A program made the translations under genes and the position numbers. 16,044 nucleotides of DNA from a bacterium (lineage in GTDB: Bacteria > SZUA-182 > DTGQ01 > JAFGSM01): NCBI GenBank assembly GCA_049472315.1, contig JBLIRN010000062.1, forward strand, positions 1 through 16,044. Reading direction: 5' to 3'. Below the pieces are notes generated by a model that had not been told where the DNA came from, did not search any database, and saw nothing but the letters and a program-made list of their open reading frames with translations. Positions within the stretch are counted from its first letter, which is position 1; each line of letters begins with the position of its first letter. Below are positions 1 to 7,779 of this stretch, piece after piece.

Positions 1-2
1 GC

Positions 3-437
3 TTTCTCATGAGCAGGACCGAACTGCTCAACAAGATCGCCACCCTTCTCGGGGGCAGGGCAGCGGAGGAGATCGTGTTTGGGGACATCTCCACAGGGGC
101 GCACAATGATCTGTCCAGGGCCACGGACATCGCCAAGAGCATGGTCAAGGAGTACGGCATGAGCAGCAGCCTGGGACAGGTGTATCTCGCCCATGACAAG
201 CGGGCCCAGTTCCTTCCCGCCGGTCTTCCCGAGCGCGTGGATTACAGCGAGGCCACCGCCCGGGAGATCGACAACGAGGTGAAGGGGATCATCTCAACGG
301 AATACGACAAGGCCCTCGCCATCCTGCGGGGAAAGAAGGATATCCTACAGAAGGGCGCCCGGCTGCTCCTGGAGCGGGAAAAGATCGATAGCGCCGAGTT
401 GAAGGCCCTCATGAAAAAGGACGGCGATCAGGTGTAG
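3..437 (+). CDS. ftsH: ATP-dependent zinc metalloprotease FtsH, C-terminal peptidase M41 part (5'-truncated by the window edge)
   Basis: Frame is open from the window edge. LLGGRAAEEIVFG and STGAHNDLSRAT (GAxND carries the third Zn ligand), MVKEYGMS, YSEATAREIDNEV and LLEREKI are typical of the FtsH protease domain. Confidence 0.95.
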   Translation, partial: FLMSRTELLNKIATLLGGRAAEEIVFGDISTGAHNDLSRATDIAKSMVKEYGMSSSLGQVYLAHDKRAQFLPAGLPERVDYSEATAREIDNEVKGIISTEYDKALAILRGKKDILQKGARLLLEREKIDSAELKALMKKDGDQV

Positions 438-2167
438 GCGCCTGCCCAGAGTCCGGTAAAGAAGCGGCGGGCGTTGGCCCCCAGGGTTCGCGTGTTGTAT
501 CCACCCTCCTGGATTACCACCGTCGGGATATCCATCCAGCCGAGCATCCTGCCGTTATATTCATAGTCACCTCCCTGCAGGCTCCAGGTGCCGGTGGGAT
601 CACCCTTTGCCGTGTCCAGGCCCAGGGTCACCACCAGAAATTCCGGCTTGAACGAGCGAATGATCCTCAGTGCACGCTCCAGAACCTCCGTGTAACGCCT
701 CCCATCGACATGCTCGGGAAGCGGGAAGTTGACATTGAACCCCCTGCCTTCCCCGTACCCCTTATCCGTTTCGAATCCGCTGAAGTAGGGATAGGCGAAG
801 CGGGGGTGGCCGTGGATCGATATGGTCAGCACGTCGGAACGCTCGTAGAAGATATCCTCCTGCCCGTTTCCGTGGTGGTAATCGAGATCCAGCATGGCAA
901 CCCTTCCGTAGGCGCTCAGGTACTGGGCGGCAACGGCGCCCGAGTTGAAGTAGCAGAATCCCCCGAACACGCGCCGCTCCGCGTGGTGGCCCGGCGGCCT
1001 CACCAGTGCATAGGCCAATCGTCGCCCCCGTATGAGCAGGGATGCGGCGGTGAGTGCGCAATCCACCGATCCCTTCGCCGCCAGGAATGCATTCCCGTTG
1101 AGCGGGGTGAAGGTGTCGATGCAGTAGTACCCTGCGCGTATAGGCAGGTCCTGTGGGGGTCTGGCTGCATTGCGGATAGGGAACACGTAGGGATAGATGG
1201 ATTCGGCGGGCTTGAGCAGGGAACATACCCTTTTCAGGTACTCCACGAACCCGCGGTCATGCACCGCCCGTATATACCGTTCTGCAAAGTGCTTGTGCGG
1301 AACGAGGAGAAAGAGGTTCGTCTTTTCGAGCTCCTTCATGATCGCGGTGATACGGACCGGGGATTCCACGTACCCCCGTTCCCGGATGTGGTGTATGTGA
1401 TGCTTGTCGTTGATCACCAGGGCGATCCGCTTGTCAGGGGGGATGACCCTGGCAATGGTCACCGGGGCCTCTCGTTTACGATACTTCGGTGCCCTCAGGC
1501 GGACCGGGTCGTCCGTGAATGACTCGACCACCATATCAACGTACTCCTCAGGGCACATCTCCCCGTATTTTCCCTCCAGGATCGAGCGCACGATCCTGCG
1601 CGCGTGGTCACGCCTGAGGGGAATGCCTGATCCGAGGTCGTCGAACACCAGATAGGGGGGGTTGTCATCCCCGGGGGTAACCGGCGTCTCGTACGCGGTA
1701 TTTGCAATGGGCCGTGCACCATACCGTTCGTAGAACTTGAGACGCTTGGCATTGGCCTTCAGGACCTCATTGTTTCGGCTCAATCGCGGATCATCGGGGA
1801 GGCATTCGAAAAAGATCCCGATCGACTTCAGGGCGAGGGCCTCCTGCCTGACCCTTTCGTAAAGGGCGCCGCCGATCCCCCTGCCGGTTATCTGTTTCTT
1901 GGTGGAGACGTAGTCGAGGAAGCAGAAGGCGAGATCGGGGTCGTGTGACAGGAGGGCGAATCCCTCCACGTCCCCCCGGTGGTTTTCCGCAACGAACAGG
2001 ATCGACCGGAAGCGGTATTTCAGGGGATTCCGCAGCCGCTCAGGGATCTTCTGGATCTCCCTTTCCTTGAGCAGGGGAAACTGGTTCCGCAGTATGGCCT
2101 GCACGCGGGCGATGGCCAGCGTGTTGAGAGGCAGCACATCATCATATATCCGGCGGATTCGAAACAT
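428..2167 (-). CDS. Fusion of an N-terminal GNAT acetyltransferase domain and a C-terminal HDAC-family / acetylpolyamine amidohydrolase-like Zn deacetylase
   Basis: GNAT motif A GRGIGGALY and RLKFYERYG. HDAC motifs RPPGHHA, GFCYFN, DLDYHHGNG, LGLDT and QEGGY. Start placed at ATG 2167 (MFRIRR), with AAGGTG upstream; the ORF track extends to GTG 2179. Confidence 0.9.
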   Translation of the reverse strand: MFRIRRIYDDVLPLNTLAIARVQAILRNQFPLLKEREIQKIPERLRNPLKYRFRSILFVAENHRGDVEGFALLSHDPDLAFCFLDYVSTKKQITGRGIGGALYERVRQEALALKSIGIFFECLPDDPRLSRNNEVLKANAKRLKFYERYGARPIANTAYETPVTPGDDNPPYLVFDDLGSGIPLRRDHARRIVRSILEGKYGEMCPEEYVDMVVESFTDDPVRLRAPKYRKREAPVTIARVIPPDKRIALVINDKHHIHHIRERGYVESPVRITAIMKELEKTNLFLLVPHKHFAERYIRAVHDRGFVEYLKRVCSLLKPAESIYPYVFPIRNAARPPQDLPIRAGYYCIDTFTPLNGNAFLAAKGSVDCALTAASLLIRGRRLAYALVRPPGHHAERRVFGGFCYFNSGAVAAQYLSAYGRVAMLDLDYHHGNGQEDIFYERSDVLTISIHGHPRFAYPYFSGFETDKGYGEGRGFNVNFPLPEHVDGRRYTEVLERALRIIRSFKPEFLVVTLGLDTAKGDPTGTWSLQGGDYEYNGRMLGWMDIPTVVIQEGGYNTRTLGANARRFFTGLWAGAYT

Positions 2168-2324
2168 GCACCCGATCACCTTTTCTTAAACGCCGTGATC
2201 CTTACATCATAAAGGGATTAAAGTCTGTAAAAATAAATAATTAATTGAAGACGTTCATGTAAACATGCTACGTTTCAGTCAAATGATTCGCTTTAGTAAT
2301 AGCTATTCACAACATGCAGCCCCG

Positions 2325-2888
2325 TCATTTTTTCTTGAAGATGGCCCTCCATCCGGTGGCCGGCTGGTACAGGGGCCTCATGACCCTGCTCACCTCCCTG
2401 GCGTGCTCGGTGATGTAAAAGGCGTTGGGATCCTCCTCCTTGACGACCTGGAGAAACTGTTTGAGCCTGCGGCGCCTGCAGACGATATAGAGCTCATACA
2501 CGGTCCCATCCTTCCCCTGGCCGGTGAATATGGTTACCGGCTGACCCAATTTCCTGATGCGATCGGCAATTGCCTGCCCGCTGTCCCTGGTGATAACCTT
2601 TAAGGCGATGAGCCCGAAGGCAAGCTTGCGCTCCATTGCGATCCCGGCCACATTTCCCGTGGAAAATCCCAGGGAATAGAAGAGGGCCAGGATGGGCGAC
2701 TCCTTGATGCTTGCCACAACGGCGCTCACCACCATTATCCAGATCATCACCTCCACAAAACCGAAGACAAACGCCAGGATCGATCGTCCCTGGACCGTCA
2801 CGATGGTCCTGATCGTCCCCAGGGAGACGTCACAGATCCGGGCCAAAAATATCACTACCCCGATCATGAGCACATGGATATCGATCAT
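2325..2888 (-). CDS. UPF0316 / DUF2179-family membrane protein
   Basis: IFLARICDVSLGTIR, GFVEVMIW and YSLGFSTGN in hydrophobic helices, followed by a soluble domain with GQGKDG and DPNAFY. The ATG at 2888 is preferred over the longer 2963 start. Confidence 0.8.
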   Translation of the reverse strand: MIDIHVLMIGVVIFLARICDVSLGTIRTIVTVQGRSILAFVFGFVEVMIWIMVVSAVVASIKESPILALFYSLGFSTGNVAGIAMERKLAFGLIALKVITRDSGQAIADRIRKLGQPVTIFTGQGKDGTVYELYIVCRRRRLKQFLQVVKEEDPNAFYITEHAREVSRVMRPLYQPATGWRAIFKKK

Positions 2889-2968
2889 CGTTTCGTAAAT
2901 ACCATGGGTTCGTGGTTCATCATGCGGCCCCCTTTTCCCGTATATGGAATACCATAGGCACAATTTTC

Positions 2969-2997
2969 ATATTACCCCATAACGGGATTCACATCAA
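2969..2997 (-). promoter_or_regulatory. Possible sigma70 promoter for the UPF0316 gene
   Basis: Minus strand TTGATG-N17-TAATAT (2997-2992 / 2974-2969). Confidence 0.35.
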
Positions 2998-3060
2998 CGC
3001 GGCAGGCCGGCTGGGAATAGTCGTTCTTGATTTGCCGGCAAGGAACGCTGCGGGACAAGA

Positions 3061-5652
3061 TTATTTCTTGGCCTTTTTGCGCGTCCCCTTTTTGGCGGGT
3101 GATTTTTTCCTCTTTTTGGGTGCGGTCTTTTTCCTGGTTTTGGTTTTGGCGGGCCGGGCATGTGTCTTTTCCAGAGGCCATGACTTTTCCAGGGTGGCTA
3201 TCCGTTCCAAGGCAACCGTGAGATCCATCGGCTTCAACTTCTCCACGGTCTCCGTTCTTTCAATCCTGCATATTCGCTCCAGGGCCTCCGACACATCCAT
3301 GGTCTCCAACTCTTCTTCCGGAAAGGGTTCTGTTGTATATTCCGTCCCTTCTGTTTTCTCTTCCTCCAATGATAATTCGTCTGCCGGGATTCCTGATGGC
3401 TTCTCCGTCTGTTCCTCAGGGAGTGTCCGTGGAGTTGCCGGTTTTTGATCCAGGATCTTCATCCACTCCTGAACCAGCATCTTTCCCAGGTCCTCCACGT
3501 TCTCATCCGATGATTCCATGGGGGGCTCGGTGACATCCTCTCGGTCCGTCGCAGTTTCTTCAATGTATTCAGGCGTCTCGTCCGATGCCTTCATGGTGAC
3601 TTCCGTTTGTTCCTCCGGTGCTTCCAGTGGAGCCTCCGTTTTGCGCTCAAGGTTTTTCATCCACTCCTGAACCAGGATCTTTCCCAGATCCTCCGTGTTT
3701 TCATCCAATGATTCCATGGGGGCTTCAGAGGCATCCTTTTGTTCTTCCCCTGTTTCTGCGGAGGATTGCGGCGTCTCCGCCTGGAGCTCGGTTAGGATTT
3801 CCGGCTGTTCCTCCGGGGATGCCAGCGGAAGGTCCACACCCTCCCCGATTTGTTCCGATGGCGGGTCCGGCTGTTCCTCCAGGGATTCCAGCGGAGCGTC
3901 CGGTTGATGTTCCAGGGTTTCCATCCAGGCACGAATAAGCATCTTCCCCGGGTCCTCTATGTTTTCATCCGGGGATTTCTTCAGGGATTCCGGGGCATCC
4001 TTTTGATCTTCCACCGCTTCGGTGGGTGATTGCGGTGTCTCCGCCGGGGTCTCCATTATCGGTCCCGATGGTTGCTCCAGGGATTCCAAAGCCAGGTCTG
4101 CGTGTTCCTCCAGGGGCTCCAATGGGAGGTCTGTCTGTTGCTCCATCGGCTCCGCCGGAGGGTTCTCTGGTTGTCCCACGTGCTCCAATGGAGGGCTTGC
4201 ATGCTCCTGCGTCTCTTCCCGCGAAGGATCCGCTTGCTGCTCCGGGCCTTCAGCCGCCGGCCCCGGCCTCTTATCAAGGGCCTCCGTCCACGCTTGGAGC
4301 AATAGATCTCCCGGGTCCACCATCGTTTCATCCGGGAGCTCCGTATGGGATTCCGGGGCATCCTTGCGATCCTTCATCGCTTCTGCGGCAGGCGTAACCG
4401 CTTCCGCCGGTGTCTCCATCTCCAGTCCCGATGGTTGTTCCAGAGGATCGAGAGGCAGGTCTTCGATCTCCTCCAGCGGCTCCAATGGAAGGTCCGCTTG
4501 TTCCGATAGTGGTTCCGGGTGTTCCCTCGCTTGCTCCAATGGAGGTATTTGTGGCCCAGTCCTTTTATCAAGGGCATCCAAGCATGCCTGAAGCAATAGA
4601 TCTTCCGGATCCGCCATTGTGCCATCCGGGGATCCCACCCGGACCTCCTGGTGATCCTTCTCATCTTTCCTCGTTTCCACGTTGAGAGGCTGGGTCTCCA
4701 CCGGTGTCTCCATCTGCAGTCCCGATGGTTGTTCCAGCGGATCGAGAGGCAGGTCTGCGGATGCTTCAGTAGGTTCCAGCGGAGGGATTTCTTGCTGCCC
4801 TGCTTGCTCCAATGGCGGTCCTGCAGATTCTTTCTCTTTTGCCAATGGAGGGACTTGTTGTGCATCCGAAGGCCCCTGAGGTGGACCTGGTTGCTGCTCC
4901 ATTAATTCCAATGGAGGGGATTGCTCTCCCCCCGAGGTTTCAAATGAATGTCCTGGTGCTGCCTCCGGCCCTTTAATGTCCCCATCCATGTCCTTGATGA
5001 GAGAATCGTGTTCGTTTATAACGGCATCGAAATGCTCCCTCAACTCCCTTACCTTCGGATCCAAACGTTTTGCCACCGATCGTCCGACCAGATTGATCAG
5101 GGTCTTTTTGGCAACCTCATCCTCTTGATTCCTGCCTGGTTCACGGGTGAGCTTTTCAAGCCTGCCTTCGATAAAGGCAAGGGTTGTCCTGTTGTTGTTT
5201 CTCAATGCAATTCTGTAAAGGTTGAGAAGGTCCGTGTAGTCCCCTTCGGTAATCTCCGTGAGAAGGGAATATTTTTGAGCCTCGCGAACCAACCCGAGAA
5301 CGGCGACCGTTTGATCAATGAGTGTATAGGGCGAGGTTTTTGATTCCAGTGCAATAATCCTTTGATCGATTTCCGACTCCTTGTAGTAGGCGGCGTCAAG
5401 GCAGGCAGCAATCTTGTCTCCGATGGATTGTGCCCTTTTAGAGAATTCTACCGTGAGGTTACGGATACCCTCGGCGAACATGGATGCATACTCATGCATC
5501 TTGCCCGGGATCTCTTTCCCGGTCAGGGATCCATTGGTTTTGGCCTGGTTGCCCTTTTCGGTCTGCTGCCTGTGGAGGGATCCAAGTTGTTCATGTAATT
5601 TTTTCAGGTTTGCTATATCTGTTTTTAATTCGTATAGGCCTTTTTCATCCAC
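3061..5652 (-). CDS. Hypothetical ~863-aa protein: N-terminal helical/coiled-coil region, acidic Pro/Glu-rich repeat region, Lys/Arg-rich C-terminal tail
   Basis: Long uninterrupted ORF whose repeat spacings all preserve frame. GTG at 5652 is preceded by AAGGAG at 10-nt spacing. No known family recognised. Confidence 0.85.
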   Translation of the reverse strand: MDEKGLYELKTDIANLKKLHEQLGSLHRQQTEKGNQAKTNGSLTGKEIPGKMHEYASMFAEGIRNLTVEFSKRAQSIGDKIAACLDAAYYKESEIDQRIIALESKTSPYTLIDQTVAVLGLVREAQKYSLLTEITEGDYTDLLNLYRIALRNNNRTTLAFIEGRLEKLTREPGRNQEDEVAKKTLINLVGRSVAKRLDPKVRELREHFDAVINEHDSLIKDMDGDIKGPEAAPGHSFETSGGEQSPPLELMEQQPGPPQGPSDAQQVPPLAKEKESAGPPLEQAGQQEIPPLEPTEASADLPLDPLEQPSGLQMETPVETQPLNVETRKDEKDHQEVRVGSPDGTMADPEDLLLQACLDALDKRTGPQIPPLEQAREHPEPLSEQADLPLEPLEEIEDLPLDPLEQPSGLEMETPAEAVTPAAEAMKDRKDAPESHTELPDETMVDPGDLLLQAWTEALDKRPGPAAEGPEQQADPSREETQEHASPPLEHVGQPENPPAEPMEQQTDLPLEPLEEHADLALESLEQPSGPIMETPAETPQSPTEAVEDQKDAPESLKKSPDENIEDPGKMLIRAWMETLEHQPDAPLESLEEQPDPPSEQIGEGVDLPLASPEEQPEILTELQAETPQSSAETGEEQKDASEAPMESLDENTEDLGKILVQEWMKNLERKTEAPLEAPEEQTEVTMKASDETPEYIEETATDREDVTEPPMESSDENVEDLGKMLVQEWMKILDQKPATPRTLPEEQTEKPSGIPADELSLEEEKTEGTEYTTEPFPEEELETMDVSEALERICRIERTETVEKLKPMDLTVALERIATLEKSWPLEKTHARPAKTKTRKKTAPKKRKKSPAKKGTRKKAKK
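3403..4917 (-). repeat. Degenerate intragenic 33-bp (11-aa) tandem repeat with a five-copy higher-order unit
   Basis: 11-mers such as PPLEQAGQQEI, LPLDPLEQPSG, LPLEPLEEHAD and APLESLEEQPD. Conserved 17-aa motif at 4561-4611, 4267-4317, 3904-3954, 3640-3690 and 3442-3492. Confidence 0.9.
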
Positions 5653-5871
5653 TTGAGGACAGCTCCTTTTTTCTCCAGGGCAGATATGCGCAAGTTTAAA
5701 AATATGTGGCAAAAAACTTGTATTTCTTATCAAGGAATAAGACAGTATTTATTAGTTTTTCGGCATTCTTCGGCTTTTTGTCTTATAGAGAGGGGGTGGC
5801 CCGGTCCCCGCCATGGCGTGAGACCTTTGTCAGCTCAATACCCTTCAACGGAATCATTGCCGTCTGTTTGC

Positions 5872-6768
5872 TCAGACGGTGCCATCCGGCCGTCGCCTTT
5901 CGAGTGGCCATCCGGCCTGCTTTCTTTCCCGATGATCCCCGTCAATACGTGGATTGGCATAGCAGTAGAGACAACTGTGCGGGCATTGCTGCGCATAGTC
6001 GCCGATGTCCCTTGAATAGGTGCACTGACACTCCTTCCGTTGTGAGGGGTCCTTCTTGAAGATGGTCGGCCTGCCCACGATGCATGCCATGTATCGTCCG
6101 TCGATGCAGCAGGATTTTTCGATATTCGGCAGGGACGTGTCCTTGAATAGATAGTCATTGCAGCAAAACTCCAGCGTTATCCCATACCTGCCTGCGATCT
6201 CTCCCATGGTGGCGGCGATTTCGATTTTCTGCCCGACGGGCAGATCGATGAAGTCGACCCCTCTTCGTGCAAGTTTCCGGTACCGGGTATCCATAAAGGA
6301 GGTCTTCATTCGGGTGATCCCTGCGCCGGCCACCCTTTTAAGAATGGTCTGAAATGAGGCGCAGTTGTTCCGTATCCCGGTGCCTTCCTTCCAATACACG
6401 ATGGGGTCGAATCTGATGAGGAGCCTCTCTTTGCCGAACCGCTTCAGAATAAGATCACATTGCTCAAATCGATCGCTCAGGGGAGGAACACGAGGCTCCA
6501 GGAAACGGGAATCATTGATGGTAAACATGAAAAAAAGCTCATACCCGGTGAGTGCATCGATTCTCTTTAACAACGGGGCGAAGTTTTTTGACCACAGGAC
6601 GATCGAATGAACGCATTCGGCGGATAACGGCACCGAATTGACTGCGTGACTATACGGATTGGTGACCTCGGCAAAACCGCGATGGAGCTGCGTGATCAGC
6701 CAGTCGCTATAAAAGGCGGGGATATCCGTCCTCCTGGAGGCGGATATAATGATACGTTCATCCGTCAT
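5872..6768 (-). CDS. DUF1848-family protein (radical-SAM / spore-photoproduct-lyase-like Fe-S protein)
   Basis: N-terminal IISASRRTDIPAFY, WSKN and RFDPI; C-terminal QRKECQCTYSRDIG and CPHSCLYCYAN. Start at ATG 6768 because the predicted promoter lies inside the longer 6861 ORF extension. Confidence 0.9.
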   Translation of the reverse strand: MTDERIIISASRRTDIPAFYSDWLITQLHRGFAEVTNPYSHAVNSVPLSAECVHSIVLWSKNFAPLLKRIDALTGYELFFMFTINDSRFLEPRVPPLSDRFEQCDLILKRFGKERLLIRFDPIVYWKEGTGIRNNCASFQTILKRVAGAGITRMKTSFMDTRYRKLARRGVDFIDLPVGQKIEIAATMGEIAGRYGITLEFCCNDYLFKDTSLPNIEKSCCIDGRYMACIVGRPTIFKKDPSQRKECQCTYSRDIGDYAQQCPHSCLYCYANPRIDGDHRERKQAGWPLERRRPDGTV

Positions 6769-6801
6769 ATGCACCCATCCCGCAGTAGATGACCATGGAT
6801 C

Positions 6802-6830
6802 ATTATACGTTCGCGTTCCCCGGACTGCAA
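6802..6830 (-). promoter_or_regulatory. Sigma70 promoter for the DUF1848 gene
   Basis: Minus strand TTGCAG (6830-6825)-N17-TATAAT (6807-6802), 33 nt before ATG 6768. Confidence 0.7.
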
Positions 6831-7390
6831 AGCTCCGGCTGTGGTCATAGTAGTGTATCATTCAGTCCTCTAAGAGCTATCGTCTTCCATACCCCCTCGC
6901 TCCGTGACAAAGAGTGATCGGCATTACCTCCGCGCACCCAATCTCAAGGTTTCGATGTATCTCAACCCGAGGCCTGAAAAAACAATGAGGGTACCATAAC
7001 AACAGTCTCCATTGTCTTCGCCACCAGGCAGTCCCTCGCCCGGGTCGCCGTTAGCCATCCCGACTGGATCAGGAGGAGTGATGGCATGAGGGGCCACAGG
7101 GATCATGGAGGCAAGGGCACTATTCACATGTGTCGCCAAAGTATCGGCACATCATGGATCATAGGTGCAGGAGGAACGTTGCCCGGTGTTGGCATAGGTG
7201 CGGGCATGACGGATGGCAAAGGCTCAGGGGACACATCAGCATGGGCTACCATTCCTGCTTGCTATTTAATACGATCTGTGTTATCGTATTCTATATTATA
7301 ACAGAACACTGTTTTTGAGCTTTTGAAATCCAGGGCTATGAGATTGTTTCGCTAAGGCAATCGTATAAGACGCTGAAGCAGAACAAGAAT

Positions 7391-7440
7391 AATCGCAATC
7401 ATGGTGATTCGCTCAGACTGTGGTTGCGATTTTTTTATTT
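7391..7440 (+). terminator. Terminator-like hairpin with U-tract upstream of cspA
   Basis: 15-bp stem 7391-7405 / 7417-7431 with three G.U pairs, running into TTTTTTTATTT. Confidence 0.5.
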
Positions 7441-7521
7441 AGAGGCACATCATATCAGGATGTGTATGTTTCAATCCGGTATGTGCGGATTGGCGGACGG
7501 TTAAGAAAGGATTTTTATTCA

Positions 7522-7722
7522 ATGGAAAACGGTACGGTAAAATGGTTTAACGGATCAAAAGGGTTTGGCTTCATTCAGAGGGCCAGTGGCGAGGATGTGT
7601 TTGTTCATTATTCAGGTATCACCGGTGACGGCTTCAAGGACCTGAACGAGGGCGACAAGGTTACCTTTGAGGTACAGAAGGGCCAAAAAGGGCTTCAGGC
7701 AGTAAAAGTCAGCAGGATCTAA
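7522..7722 (+). CDS. cspA: Cold-shock protein, CspA family (66 aa)
   Basis: GTVKWFN, RNP1 KGFGFI, RNP2 VFVHYS and KGLQA. RBS AAAGGA at 7506-7511 before ATG 7522. Confidence 0.97.
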   Translation: MENGTVKWFNGSKGFGFIQRASGEDVFVHYSGITGDGFKDLNEGDKVTFEVQKGQKGLQAVKVSRI

Positions 7723-7739
7723 CCGCAGGAAAACAACGG

Positions 7740-7779
7740 AAATCCCAATCTGCTGAGCGACAGATTGGGATTTACCTTT
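7740..7779 (+). terminator. Intrinsic terminator of cspA
   Basis: Perfect 13-bp stem AAATCCCAATCTG (7740-7752) / CAGATTGGGATTT (7761-7773), 8-nt loop, pyrimidine-rich tail, 17 nt after the stop. Confidence 0.8.

Noticed and set aside
710..1522. 270-aa plus-strand ORF and other small ORFs overlapping the deacetylase gene
   Set aside because: Antisense or alternate-frame shadows of a motif-rich GC-rich gene, with no recognisable motifs of their own.
2256..2267. CATGT-AA-ACATG dyad upstream of the GNAT-HDAC gene
   Set aside because: Only 5-bp arms and no well-spaced promoter nearby, so it cannot be told from chance.
3442..3690. Resemblance of KMLVQEWM to the PopZ C-terminal PMLKEWL helix
   Set aside because: Too short to imply homology and the architecture differs; used only as an analogy.
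3403..4917. 33-bp periodicity as a possible CRISPR array
   Set aside because: Units are degenerate, frame-preserving and conserved at protein level. There is no constant repeat/unique spacer pattern and no cas gene.
2912..5699. Many plus-strand ORFs (Ser/Gly/Cys-rich or Phe-rich)
   Set aside because: Antisense translations of the repeat protein and its Lys tail.
6769..6861. N-terminal extension of the DUF1848 ORF
   Set aside because: It contains the predicted -35/-10 promoter, and family similarity begins at IISASRRTD.
7420..7521. 34-aa N-terminal extension of CspA
   Set aside because: The RBS and canonical 66-aa size point to ATG 7522; the extension overlaps leader hairpins.
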